From Chrysemys picta bellii (taxonomy: Eukaryota): a DNA stretch of 64,000 nucleotides. This document shows positions 11,890 through 23,849 of this stretch, piece by piece; position 1 is the first letter of the stretch; every line of letters begins with the position of its first letter. The DNA lies in NCBI RefSeq assembly GCF_011386835.1, contig NC_088794.1, positions 1,860,001-1,924,000 on the forward strand, written 5' to 3'. The notes below the pieces were generated by a model that was given only the letters and a program-made list of their open reading frames with translations, was not told where the DNA came from and made no database searches. The position numbers and the translations under genes were made by a program.

Positions 11890-13170
11890 GGGGCACTGCT
11901 GCAGAGAAGCTCGCAGCGCTGCGGGGGAGGGCCTGCCGGGGTCACCGCTGCGGAGAAGCTCGCGGGGCTGGGGGGGGAGGTCCCGGCGGGGGCACAGAGA
12001 AGCTCATGGTGCTGGGGGGACAGGGCCCGGCGGGGTCACCGCTGCGGAGAAGCTCGCGGCGCTGGGGGGGAGGTCCCGGCGGGGGCACCGCTGCGGAGAA
12101 GCTCGCGGCGCTGTGGGGGGGAGGGCCCGGCGGGGGCACCGCTGCGGAGAAGCTTGTGGCGCTGGGGGGGAGGGGCCCGGTGGGGGCACCGCTGCGGAGA
12201 AGCTCGCGGCGCTGTGGGGGGGAGGGCCCGGCGGGGGCACCGCTGCGGAGAAGCTTGTGGCGCTGGGGGGGGAGGGCCCGGCGGGGGGGCACCGCTGCGG
12301 AGAAGCTCGCGGCGCTGGGGGGGAGGGCCCGGCGGGGGCACCGTGGCGGAGAAGCTCGCGGCGCTGGGGGGGAGGGCCCGGCGGGGGGCACCGCTGCGGA
12401 GAAGCTCGCAGCGCGGGGGGCAGGGCCCGGCAGGGGCACCACTGCGGAGAAGCTCGCGGCGCTGGGGGGGGCAGGGCCCGGCGGGGGCACCGCTGCGGAG
12501 AAGCTCGCAGCGCGGGGGGCAGGGCCCCGGCGGGTGGCACCGCTGCGGAGAAGCTCGTGGCGCTAGGGGGGCAGGGCCCAGCGGGGGCACCGCTGCAGAG
12601 AAGCTCGCGGCGCTGGGGGGGAGGGCCCGGCGGGGGGCACCGCTGCGGAGAAGCTCGCAGCGCGGGGGCAGGGCCCGGCAGGGGCACCACTGCGGAGAAG
12701 CTCGCGGCGCTGGGGGGGCAGGGCCCGGCGGGGGGCACCGCTGCGGAGAAGCTCGCAGCGCGGGGGCAGGGCCCGGCGGGGGCACCGCTGCGGAGAAGCT
12801 CGTGGCGCTAGGGGGCAGGGCCCAGCGGGGGGCACCGCTGCAGAGAAGCTCGCGGCGCTGGGGGGAGGGCCCGGCGGGGGGCACTCCTGCGGAGAAGCTC
12901 GCGGCGCTGGGGGGGCAGGGCCCGGCGGGGGGCACCGCTGCGGAGAAGCTCGCAGCGCGGGGGCAGGGCCCGGCGGGGGGCACCGCTGCGGAGAAGCTCG
13001 CGGCGCTAGGGGGCAGGGCCCGGCGGGGGCACCGCTGCGGAGAAGCTCGTGGCGCTAGGGGGCAGGGCCCGGCGGGGGGCACTCCTGCGGAGAAGCTCGC
13101 AGCGCGGGGGGGAGGTCCCGGCGGGGGCACTCCTGCGGAGAAGCTCGCGGCGCGGGGGCAGGGCCCGGCG
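11890..13170. repeat. CpG-rich minisatellite, about 47-50 bp unit, upstream of the YPEL3 first coding exon
   Basis: GGGCACCGCTGCGGAGAAGCTCGCGGCGCT(G)nAGGGCCCGGCGG repeated about 25 times, ending about 30 bp before the acceptor at 13199. Confidence 0.95.
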
Positions 13171-13277
13171 GGCTCCCAGCTGTGTGTTTTGCTTTGCAGT
13201 TGCTGCTCTGCCCCACGGGCCGAACCGGCGTCTCCCAGTGGCCGGAGCAATCCCGGGCCGCGGCGCCGGCGGCCGCC

Positions 13278-15948
13278 ATGGTCCGGCTCTCCAAGCCCAA
13301 GACATTCCAGGCCTACCTGGACAACTGTCACCGCAGATACAGCTGTGTGCACTGCCGGGCACATCTGGCCAACCACGATGACCTCATCTCCAAGGTCACT
13401 GCTGGGGGGAAGCTCGCAGCCTGGAGGGAGGGGGAAGGGAAGTGGTTGCAGCATGTTCAAGTAAACAACACAAGGGGAAGTGGAGGGACAGGAGACGGGG
13501 GGGGGGGCAATGAGTGGGGAGGTAAAAGCCACAGCTCTGCCGGTGCCCCTCACTCCCGACCCCGCAGCCCCTGCTAGCCCAGCCCTGAGCTCCCCCCCCA
13601 GCTCTGCCGGTGCCCCTCACTCCCGACCCGCAGCCCCCGCTAGCCCAGCCCTGCCCCCCCCCAGCTCTGCCGGTGCCCCTCACTCCCGACCCGCAGCCCC
13701 CGCTAGCCCAGCCCTGCCCCCCCCAGCTCTGCCGGTGCCCCTCACTCCCGACCCGCAGCCCCTGCCAGCCCAGCCCTGCCCCCCCCAGCTCTGCCGGTGC
13801 CCCTCACTCCCGACCCGCAGCCCCTGCCAGCCCAGCCCTGCCCCCCCAGCTCTGCCGGTGCCCCTCACTCCCGACCCGCAGCCCCTGCCAGCCCAGCCCT
13901 GCCCCCCCCCAGCTCTGCCGGTGCCCCTCACTCCCGACCCGCAGCCCCTGCCAGCCCAGCCCTGCCCCCCCCAGCTCTGCCGGTGCCCCTCACTCCCGAC
14001 CCGCAGCCCCTGCCAGCCCAGCCCTGCCTCCCCCCAGCTCTGCCGGTGCCCCTCACTCCCGACCCGCAGCCCCTGCCAGCCCAGCCCTGCCTCCCCCCAG
14101 CTCTGCCGGTGCCCCTCACTCCCGACCTGCAGCCCCTGCTAGCCCAGCCCTGCCCCCCCCAGCTCTGCCGGTGCCCCTCACTCCCGACCCGCAGCCCCTG
14201 CCAGCCCAGCCCTGCCCCCCAGCTCTGCCGGTGCCCCTCACTCCCGACCCGCAGCCCCTGCTAGCCCAGCCCTGGGCCCCCCCCCATCTCCGCCGGTGCC
14301 CCTCACACCCAACCCGCAACCCCTGCCAGCCAAGCCCTGGGCCCCTGCTCCACAGCTCTGCCGGTGCCCCCCCACTCCCGTGGCTGTGAAGGGGTAACTG
14401 AGTTTGAGCCGTTAATAAGTGATCTGGGCTCAGTGGTGGGGGAGGATTGGGGGAGCAGGGCGACTGTGGGGGGGAGCTCAGCCTGGGTGGGGGAGGGGCT
14501 CGCTGGGTTTAAAGACCCTCTTGTCTTTTATTCCAGTCTTTCCAAGGGAGTCAGGGAAGAGCTTATCTCTTCAACTCAGTGTGAGTACATTTGGGGGAGG
14601 GGGGGTGGGCAGGGAATGGGACCCAGGCATCCGGGACAGCTCTCAGAGACTGGGAGACAATGGGACCCAGGCGTCCGGGACAGCTCTCAGAGACTGGGAG
14701 ACAATGGGCCCCAGGTGTCCGGGACAGCTCCCAGAGACCTGGACAGCAATGGGACCCAGGTGTCCGGGACAGCTCCCAGAGACCGGGACGGCAATGGGAC
14801 CCAGGCATCTGGGGATTTATCCATGCAGGGTTCCCAGCCTGCTGGGGGAGGGCAAGAGCGCCTGGGATGGGGGGTAGGACCCAGGTGTCCGGGCATTGAC
14901 CTCTCCCCCCCTCCCCAGGGTGAATGTGGGGTGTGGGCCGGCTGAGGAGCGGGTGCTGCTGACAGGGCTGCACGCGGTATCGGACATCCACTGTGAGAGC
15001 TGCAAGACCACGCTGGGCTGGAAATACGTGAGTGGGACCCGGAGCCCCCAGGGACCCCCCCGAGCCCTCCAGAGTGCCCCTGCTCCCCCTGCCCCCCGGA
15101 ACCCCCTGCTCCCCCCGAGCCCTCCAGAGCGCCCCTGCTCCCCCTGCCCCCGGAACCCCCTGCTCCCCCCCGAGCCCTCCAGAGCACCCCTGCTCCCCCC
15201 CAGGGACCCCTGAGCCCTCCAGAGCGCCCCCTGCTCCCCCTGCCCCCCGGGACCCCCTGCTCCCCCCGAGCCCTCCAGAGCGCCCCTGCTCCCCCCCAGG
15301 GACCCCTGAGCCCTCCAGAGCGCCCCTGCTCCCCCTGCCCCCCGGAACCCCCTGCTCCCCCGAGCCCTCCAGAGCGCCCCTGCTCCCCCTGCCCCCCGGA
15401 ACCCCCTGCTCCCCCGAGCCCTCCAGAGCGCCCCTGCTCTCCCTGCCCCCCGGAACCCCCTGCTCCCCCTGAGCCCTCCAGAGCGACCCTGCTCCCCCCC
15501 AGGGACCCCTGAGCCCTTCAGAACACCCCTGCTCCCCCTGACCCCCAGGACCCCCTGCTCCCCCTGAGCCCTCCAGAGCGACCCTGCTCCCCCCCAGGAA
15601 CCCCCTGCTCCCCCTGAGCCCCTCCATCCAGAGACCCCCCAGAATGCCCCTGCCCTGAATGACACCCCATTCCCCCCCCCAGCCCCGCTCCCAGAGACCC
15701 TGACCCCTCTCTGGCCTCCAGGGTCCCTCTGCCACCCCCCTGATCCGACCCCCACCTCCTCCCAGAGCGCCTGCCCCTCCGGCGCTGGTGCATGGGCCCT
15801 GGGGGGCTGGGCCCGGGGGTGGGGGCCCCCCCGCTGATGCAGGCTCCCTCCCCCCAGGAACAAGCCTTCGAGAGCAGCCAGAAGTACAAGGAGGGGGAAA
15901 TACATCATCGAGCTGAGCCACATGATCAAGGACAACGGCTGGGACTGA
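13278..15948 (+). CDS. YPEL3: Protein yippee-like 3, 119 aa once one extra G in the last exon is removed
   Basis: Exons 13278-13394, 14537-14580, 14919-15027, 15858-15948: [15 protein letters not shown]...CVHC...[12 protein letters not shown]...VNVGCG...CESC...[13 protein letters not shown]. The G-run 15893-15897 has 5 G where the second copy has 4, shifting [16 protein letters not shown] out of frame. Confidence 0.93.
13540..14370 (+). repeat. 61-bp minisatellite (YPEL3 intron)
   Basis: CAGCTCTGCCGGTGCCCCTCACTCCCGACCCGCAGCCCCTGCCAGCCCAGCCCTGCCCCCC repeated about 13 times. Confidence 0.95.
15050..15620. repeat. C-rich intronic VNTR (YPEL3), with a longer counterpart at about 21690-22450
   Basis: GAGCCCTCCAGAGCGCCCCTGCTCCCCC units. 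Confidence 0.9.
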
Positions 15949-16318
15949 CCCTGGCCCCCCAAACCCCACCGCAGCGGGGGGCGGGGCTTCGCACCCTCGT
16001 TCCCATGGAAACCAGCAGCAAGGCGGGGCCTTGCAGCATCAGTTAGGGGGGCTCCCTGGCACCGTTTCCATGGAGACCCATCCCAAAGCTGCTCCCCTCC
16101 AGCAGGGGTGGGGCGCCCCTCCCGGTTGCTATGGAGACCTCCCCACCCAGGAGCACTCCGTGAGAGGAGGGGACTTTACTGAGCATTCTGGGGGGGGGCA
16201 GGACACGCCCACCGTTAGGGGGGAGGGGGAGGGGGACCCCCTTAGATGCTGTGTTGTGTCGGGGGGCTGGGCGCAAAGGGGGGGCTGTACAGTATTGAGT
16301 GTGAATCCGTCGTGTGTA

Positions 16319-16324
16319 AATAAA
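16319..16324 (+). terminator. YPEL3 polyadenylation signal (copy 1)
   Basis: TGTAAATAAAAC, about 370 bp after the stop codon. Confidence 0.75.
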
Positions 16325-17034
16325 ACAGCTTCCAATGGGAGTGCGCCGGTGTCTGCTCCGTGCCCAGCAGGGGGCGCTGCGCTGCGCTGCGCTATAGGGT
16401 AACAGGGGCCCCCAGGGGCTGGGAGAACCCCCCCCCCCAGCTCCAAAGGCTCGGTGCGGGGGGTGCAAAGGATCATGGGCCAACGGGCTGGAAGATCTGC
16501 CATGGGTCCCGGGCCAGGGGTTGGCAGCCTGTGGGGCAGCAGGGTACGGGGAGCGCCCTGTGACACTGCCCCATTGGAGAAGGTCAAGGGGGATCAGAGA
16601 CCCCCAAATAAGTGGGGTGCATGTTGCCCCTGGCTGTAGTGGGGGGCGCAGAGAGAGGGGTCTGGTTTTCCCTTCCCTGGACGCCACGGGGCGCCGGAGC
16701 CCCTTCGGCAGCTCCAAGGAGCTGGCAAACTCCGAACCCCCCAACCCCTCCCCCTGCCCTCTCCCAGCACGGGGAGAACCCAGGAGTCCTGGCCCCCAGC
16801 CCCCTCCCCTGCCCTCTCCCAGCGCGGGGAGAACCCAGGAGTCCTGACTCCCACCCCCCCTACCCCGCTCTAACCCACTAGCCCCTCCCCTGCCCTCTCC
16901 CAGCGCGGGGAGAACCCAGGAGTCCTGGCCCCCAGTCCCCCTGCTCTAACCCACCAACCCCTCCCCTGGCCTATCCCAGCGCGGGGCCGGGGAGAACCCA
17001 GGAGTCCTGGCTCCCAGCCCCCGCCCCTCTTGCA

Positions 17035-17625
17035 GCTGTCTGGCACAGCTGTGAAAACAGCTGGATGACAAATGATTCCCCCCGCCCGGCCCCCCAGCCT
17101 TGTAAACCCGGCCAGGATCAATCAAGCCACTTTGGAGCCAGGGTGTTAATTAGGCAATTAGGTGGCTTCAAGCGGGAGGAACCAGGACTGGGGGGGGGGG
17201 GGGGGGGTCCGGGAGTGTGGGGCACCGGCACAGCTGCGGGGCGGAAGTGTGGGGCACCGGTGGAGATTGGGGGTCTGGCAGGGGCCTGCGGGTCGGGAGT
17301 GAGGGGCACCGGCGGGACTGGGAGGGTCTGGGGGGGGGAGGCAGGGGGGCTGCGGGTCGGGAGTGAGGGGCACCGGCGGGACTGGGAGGGTCTGGGGGGG
17401 GGGCAGGGGCTGCGGGTCGGGACTGGGGGGGGCACCATAGCTCCCAGGCCCCGCAGTCCTGTGCATCTGCCACTTTCGCTTGTCCCTGTGAAGTCCCCTC
17501 CCCCCGACCCCCAGCCGCTGCCCCCCGGGCTGCCCCAGAGCCCCCCCGGGCCTCTAGCCCCTCCCGCTCTCAACGTGCCATTTGGGGTCTCACTTCAAAG
17601 TTCCTCGGGACGCCCATAAATAGGG
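17035..17625 (+). promoter_or_regulatory. TBX6 proximal promoter/enhancer (copy 1)
   Basis: CAGCTG E-boxes, GGGTGTTAA (17141-17149), TTCAAAG (17594-17600), CCATAAATA TATA-like element (17614-17622). Confidence 0.6.
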
Positions 17626-17857
17626 GGCTGCGCCCAGGGGAGCGGCCAGAGCCAGAGCAGAGCCGCGCTGCGTCCCCTGGGCCAAGAGAACCCAGGCGTC
17701 CGGGCTCCCAGCCCCCCCCCCAACCACTATCCCCACTCCCCTCCCGGAGCCAGGAGAGAACCCAGGCGTCCGGGCTCCCCGCCCCCCCCCCCCTCAACCA
17801 CTATCCACACTCCCCTCCCGGAGCCAGGAGAGAACCCAGGTGTCCGGGCCCCTCGGC

Positions 17858-19928
17858 ATGTACCATCCGTCGGAGATGTTCCCGCAGTTCGGGGGGTCCT
17901 ACCCACTGCGCCCCGCTCCCCATGGGGGGCTCCCGGCAGGCTTCCCCCAGGGGCAGGGGCCCCAGTACGAAGGTTTCCGCTACCCAGGTGAGCGGGACGG
18001 GGGGGCTGGGGAAGGGGAGCCGAGAGAGGTGGGGGAGGGGACACAAGGATCTGGGGGGGACCCAAGGGGCAGCTGGGGAGCACAGGTGGAGATGCGGGGA
18101 CACGGGATTCGGGGGGGCAGAGGGGGAACAAGGGGCAGACCAGTGGGGTTCCCTGGGGCACCGCACGGGGTGTCTGGAGAGCCCCCTGCCCCCACCCCCC
18201 GCGGACAGCTGGGCTCTTAGCACCAGATAGTGACCAAATGGCGGGATTGGCAGCGAGATGTGAGATTACTGCAGCCTCAGAATGTGTGACCCCCCGAGCC
18301 CCCCACTCCTGACCCGCAGCCCCCGCTACCCCAGCCCTACCCCCCCAGTCCGCTGGTGCCCCCCACTCCCGACCCACCGCCCCCATTACCCCAGACCTGC
18401 CCCCCCCAGTCCGCTGGTGCCCCCCACTCCCGACCCACCGCCCCCGTTACCCCAGACCTGCCCCCCCCAGTCCGCTGGTGCCCCCCACTCCTGACCCGCA
18501 GCCCCCGCTACCCCAGCCCTACCCCCCCAGTCCGCTGGTGCCCCCCACTCCCGACCCACCGCCCCCGTTACCCCAGACCTGCCCCCCCCAGTCCGCTGGT
18601 GCCCCCCACTCCTGACCCGCAGCCCCCGCTACCCCAGCCCTACCCCCCAGTCCGCTGGTGCCCCCCACTCCCGACCCACCGCCCCCATTACCCCAGACCT
18701 GCCCCCCCCAGTCCGCTGGTGCCCCCCACTCCCGACCCACCGCCCCCATTACCCCAGACCTGCCCCCCCCCAGTCCGCTGGTGCCCCCCACTCCCGACCC
18801 ACCGCCCCCATTACCCCAGACCTGCCCCCCCAGCAGCTCTGGTGCCCCCCACTCCTGACCCGCAGCCCCCGCTACCCCAGCCCTACCCCCCCCCAGTCCG
18901 CTGGTGCCCCCCACTCTCGACCCGCAGCCCCCGTTACCCCAGACCTGCCCCCCAGCAGCTCTGGTGCCCCCCACTCCCGACCCACTGTCCCCATTACCCC
19001 AGACCTGCCCCCCCCAGCAGCTCTGGTACCCCCCACTCCTGACCCGCAGCCCCCGTTACCCCAGACCTGTTCCCCCAGCAGCTCTGGAGCCCCCCACTCC
19101 CGACCCGCAGCCCCCGTTACTCCAGCCCTGCCCCCCCCCAGCTCTGCCGGTGCCCCTCACTCCCGACCCACAGCCCCTGTTACCCCAGCCCTGCCCCCCC
19201 AGTCCGCCCGTGTCCCCCACTGCTGACCCGCAGCCCCTGTTATCCCAGCCCTGCCCCCCCAGTGTCCGCCCGTGCCCCCCACTCCCGACCCGCAGCCCCC
19301 GTTACCCCAACCCTGTCCCCCAGCTCTGCCGTGCCCCTCACTCCCGACCCGCAGCCCCTGCTAGCCCGGCCCTGCTCCCCCCAGCTCTGCCGGTGCCCCT
19401 CACTCCCGACCCGCAGCCCCTGCTAGCCCAGCCCTGCCCCCCCCCAGCTCTGCCGGTGCCCCTCACTCCCGACCTGCAGCCCCTGCTAGCCCAGCTCTGC
19501 CGGTGCCCCCCACTCCCGACCCGCAGCCCCCGTTACCCCAGACCTTCCCCCCCACAGCAGCTCTGGTGTCCCCCACTCCCGACCCGCAGCCCCCGTTACC
19601 CCAGCCCTGCCCCCCAGCTCTGCCTGTGCCCCCCACTCCCGACCCACAGCCCCTCTCTGACGGTCTCTGCTCCCCCAGATCTGGACGGCGTCTCAGCCCC
19701 CAAGTTCGAGCCCTTTTGCCCCGCATTGGATCGGGCTGGGCGGCTCCTGGGCCCCTCACCCTCGGGGCCCCTGCCTGCCCCACCCCTGCCCTACGGGGGC
19801 GGGCAGCAGCTGCCCCCGACCGAGCCCCCCCGCCTGCCCCCCAGCGTGCGGATGAGCCTGGAGAACCGGGAGCTGTGGAAGCGGTTCTGCGCCCTGGGCA
19901 CCGAGATGATCATCACCAAGTCGGGGCG
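17858..19928 (+). pseudogene. TBX6: Truncated duplicate of TBX6 coding exons 1-2, ending at an assembly gap (probably an alternate haplotype, not a true pseudogene)
   Basis: Exons 17858-17987 and 19679-19928 match 24784-24913 and 26976-27225 apart from T19731/C27028 (silent) and A19819/G27116 (Thr/Ala). Confidence 0.85.
18280..19660. repeat. TBX6 intron VNTR (copy 1)
   Basis: CAGTCCGCTGGTGCCCCCCACTCCYGACCC... units grading into the 61-bp family. Confidence 0.9.
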
Positions 19929-20298
19929 GTAAGGGGGGGTGGGGCGGCCCTGGGGAGCGAAGGGTCCGTGGGGGCGTCTCTGGGGTGGGGGGGCCCTGGG
20001 GGAGGGAAAGGTCCATAGGGGAGGTCTCTGGGGTGGGGGGGTTCTTGGGGAGGGTCCGTGGGGGGAAGGGTCCGTGGTGGGGTCTCTGGGGTGGGGACCC
20101 CCGGGGGGGCGTCTCTGGAGTGGGGGGTCCATGGGGGGGGGTCTCTGGGGTGAGGGGGCCGTGGGGGAGAGAAGGGTCCATGGGGGGGAAGGGTCCGTGG
20201 GGGAGCTGTGGGGGAGGGAAGGAGCCCAGGGGGAGCAGAGGTGGGGGGAGCCAGGCTGTATTTTAGGGGTCACAGGACATCCCCGACCCCACTGGATC

Positions 20299-20798
20299 NN
20301 NNNNNNNNNNNNNNNNNNNNNNNNNNNNNNNNNNNNNNNNNNNNNNNNNNNNNNNNNNNNNNNNNNNNNNNNNNNNNNNNNNNNNNNNNNNNNNNNNNNN
20401 NNNNNNNNNNNNNNNNNNNNNNNNNNNNNNNNNNNNNNNNNNNNNNNNNNNNNNNNNNNNNNNNNNNNNNNNNNNNNNNNNNNNNNNNNNNNNNNNNNNN
20501 NNNNNNNNNNNNNNNNNNNNNNNNNNNNNNNNNNNNNNNNNNNNNNNNNNNNNNNNNNNNNNNNNNNNNNNNNNNNNNNNNNNNNNNNNNNNNNNNNNNN
20601 NNNNNNNNNNNNNNNNNNNNNNNNNNNNNNNNNNNNNNNNNNNNNNNNNNNNNNNNNNNNNNNNNNNNNNNNNNNNNNNNNNNNNNNNNNNNNNNNNNNN
20701 NNNNNNNNNNNNNNNNNNNNNNNNNNNNNNNNNNNNNNNNNNNNNNNNNNNNNNNNNNNNNNNNNNNNNNNNNNNNNNNNNNNNNNNNNNNNNNNNNN
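20299..20798. other. Assembly gap (500 N)
   Basis: Run of exactly 500 N. Confidence 1.
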
Positions 20799-21234
20799 CC
20801 AGCTCTGCCGGTGCCCCTCACTCCCGACCCACAGCCCCTGACAGCCCAGCCCTGCCCCCCCAGCTCTGCCGGTGCCCCTCACTCCCGACCCACAGCCCCT
20901 GCCAGCCCAGCCCTGCCCCCCCCCCCAGCTCTGCCGGTGCCCCTCACTCCCGACCCACAGCCCCCGCTAGCCCAGCCCTGCCCCCCCCCCGCTCTGCCGG
21001 TGCCCCTCACTCCCGACCCGCAGCCCCTGCCAGCCCTGGGCCCCTGCCCCACAGCTCTGCCGGTGCCCCCCACTCCCGTGGCTGTGAAGGGGTAACTGAG
21101 TTTGAGCCGGTTAATAAGTGATCTGGGCTCAGTGGTGGGGGAGGATTGGGGGAGCAGCGCGACTGTGGGGGGAGCTCAGCCTGGGTGGGGGAGGGGCTCG
21201 CTGGGTTTAAAGACCCTCTTGTCTTTTATTCCAG

Positions 21235-22778
21235 TCTTTCCAAGGGGAGTCAGGGAAGAGCTTATCTCTTCAACTCAGTGTGAGTACATTTGGGGGTGGG
21301 CAGGGAATGGGACCCAGGCATCCGGGACAGCTCTCAGAGACTGGGAGACAATGGGCCCAGGTGTCCGGGACAGCTCCCAGAGACCTGGACAGCAATGGGA
21401 CCCAGGTGTCCGGGACAGCTCCCAGAGACCGGGACGGCAATGGGACCCAGGCATCTGGGGATTTATCCATGCAGGGTTCCCAGCCTGCTGGGGAGGGCAA
21501 GAGCGCCTGGGATGGGGGGGTAGGACCCAGGTGTCCGGGCATTGACCTCTCCCCCCCTCCCCAGGGTGAATGTGGGGTGTGGGCCGGCTGAGGAGCGGGT
21601 GCTGCTGACAGGGCTGCACGCGGTATCGGACATCCACTGTGAGAGCTGCAAGACCACGCTGGGCTGGAAATACGTGAGTGGGACCCGGAGCCCCCAGGGA
21701 CCCCCCCGAGCCCTCCAGAGTGCCCCTGCTCCCCCTGCCCCCCGGAACCCCCTGCCCCCCGGAACCCCCTGCTCCCCCCGAGCCCTCCAGAGCGCCCCTG
21801 CTCCCCCTGCCCCCCGGAACCCCCTGCCCCCCCGAGCCCTCCAGAGCGCCCCTGCCCCCGGAACCCCCTGCTCCCCCCGAGCCCTCCAGAGCGCCCCTGC
21901 CCCCCGGAACCCCCTGCTCCCCCGAGCCCTCCAGAGCACCCCTGCTCCCCCCTGCCCCCTGGTACCCCCTGCTCCCCCCGAGCCCTCCAGAGCGCCCCTG
22001 CTCCCCCCCAGGGACCCCTGAGCCCTCCAGAGCGCCCCTGCTCCCCCTGCCCCCCGGAACCCCTGCTCCCCCCGAGCCCTCCAGAGCGCCCCTGCTCCCC
22101 CCCAGGGACCCCTGAGCCCTCCAGAACACCCCTGCTCCCCCTGCCCCCCGGGACCCCCTGCTGCCCCCGAGCCCTCCAGAGCGCCCCTGCTCCCCCCCAG
22201 GGACCCCTGAGCCCTCCAGAGCGCCCCTGCTCCCCCTGCCCCCCGGGACGGCCTGCTCCCCCCGAGCCCTCCAGAGCGCCCCTGCTCCCCCCCCAGGGAC
22301 CCCTGAGCCCTCCAGAACACCCCTGCTCCCCCTGCCCCCCGGGACGGCCTGCTCCCCCCGAGCCCTCCAGAGTGCCCCTGCTCCCCCCCAGGGACCCCCG
22401 AGCCCTCCAGAGCGCCCCTGCTCCCCCCAGGGACCCCCTGCTCCCCCTGAGCCCCTCCATCCAGAGACCCCCCAGAATGCCCCTGCCCTGAATGACACCC
22501 CATTCCCCCCCCAGCCCCGCTCCCAGAGACCCTGACCCCTCTCTGGCCTCCAGGGTCCCTCTGCCACCCCCTGATCCGACCCCCACCTCCTCCCAGAGCG
22601 CCTGCCCTCACGGCGCTGGTGCATGGGCCCTGGGGGGCTGGGCCCGGGGGTGGGGGCCCCCCCGCTGATGCAGGCTCCCTCCCCCCAGGAACAAGCCTTC
22701 GAGAGCAGCCAGAAGTACAAGGAGGGGAAATACATCATCGAGCTGAGCCACATGATCAAGGACAACGGCTGGGACTGA
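21235..22778 (+). pseudogene. YPEL3: Duplicate of YPEL3 coding exons 2-4 lacking exon 1 (probably an alternate haplotype)
   Basis: Exons 21235-21279 (45 nt; extra G in run 21244-21247), 21565-21673 and 22689-22778 (intact EQAF...[19 protein letters not shown]). Confidence 0.85.
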
Positions 22779-23152
22779 CCCTGGCCCCCCAAACCCCACC
22801 GCAGCGGGGGGCGGGGCTTCGCACCCTCGTTCCCATGGAAACCAGCAGCAAGGCGGGGCCTTGCAGCATCAGTTAGGGGGGGCTCCCTGGCACCGTTTCC
22901 ATGGAGACCCATCCCAAAGCTGCTCCCCTCCAGCAGGGATGGGGCGCCCCTCCCGGTTGCTATGGAGACCTCCCCACCCAGGAGCACTCCGTGAGAGGAG
23001 GGGACTTTACTGAGCATTCTGGGGGGGGGGGGCAGGACACGCCCACCGTTAGGGGGGAGGGGGAGGGGGACCCCCTTAGATGCTGTGTTGTGTCGGGGGG
23101 CTGGGCGCAAAGGGGGGGCTGTACAGTATTGAGTGTGAATCCGTCGTGTGTA

Positions 23153-23158
23153 AATAAA
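23153..23158 (+). terminator. YPEL3 polyadenylation signal (copy 2)
   Basis: AATAAA in the same context as 16319. Confidence 0.7.
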
Positions 23159-23849
23159 ACAGCTTCCAATGGGAGTGCGCCGGTGTCTGCTCCGTGCCCA
23201 GCAGGGGGCGCTGCGCTGCGCTATAGGGTAACAGGGGCCCCCAGGGGCTGGGAGAACCCCCCCCCCAGCTCCAAAGGCTCGGTGCGGGGGTGCAAAGGAT
23301 CATGGGCCAACGGGCTGGAAGATCTGCCATGGGTCCCGGGCCAGGGGTTGGCAGCCTGTGGGGCAGCAGGGTACGGGGAGCGCCCTGTGCCACTGCCCCA
23401 TTGGAGAAGGTCAAGGGGGATCAGAGACCCCCAAATAAGTGGGGTGCATGTTGCCCCTGGCTGTAGTGGCGGGCGCAGAGAGAGGCTGGTTTTCCCTTCC
23501 CTGGACGCCACGGGGCGCCGGAGCCCCTTCGGCAGCTACAGGGAGCTGTCAAACTCCGAAACCCCCAACCCCTCCCCTGCCCTCTCCCAGCACGGGGAGA
23601 ACCCAGGAGTCCTGGCCCCCAGCCCCTCCCCTGCCCTCTCCCAGCGCGGGGAGAACCCAAGAGTCCTGACTCCCACCCCCCTGCCCCGCTCTAACCCACC
23701 AGCCCCTCCCCTGCCCTCTCCCAGCACGGGGAGAACCCAGGAGTCCTGGCCCCCAGTCCCCCTGCTCTAACCCACCAACCCCTCCCCTGGCCTATCCCAG
23801 CGCGGGGGCCGGGGAGAACCCAGGAGTCCTGGCTCCCAGCCCCCGCCCC

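Noticed and set aside
13182-13277. N-terminal extension of YPEL3 suggested by the ORF track ([12 protein letters not shown]...)
   Set aside because: It starts at a GTG inside the acceptor's polypyrimidine tract; the ATG at 13278 has a strong Kozak context (GCCGCCATGG).
13540-14370. CRISPR-like regular repeat arrays
   Set aside because: Units are contiguous with no unique spacers, the DNA is vertebrate and there are no cas genes.
17858-22778. A new TBX6/YPEL3 paralog or fusion gene
   Set aside because: The copies are near-identical, incomplete and abut a 500-N gap; allelic false duplication is the simpler explanation until spanning reads show otherwise.
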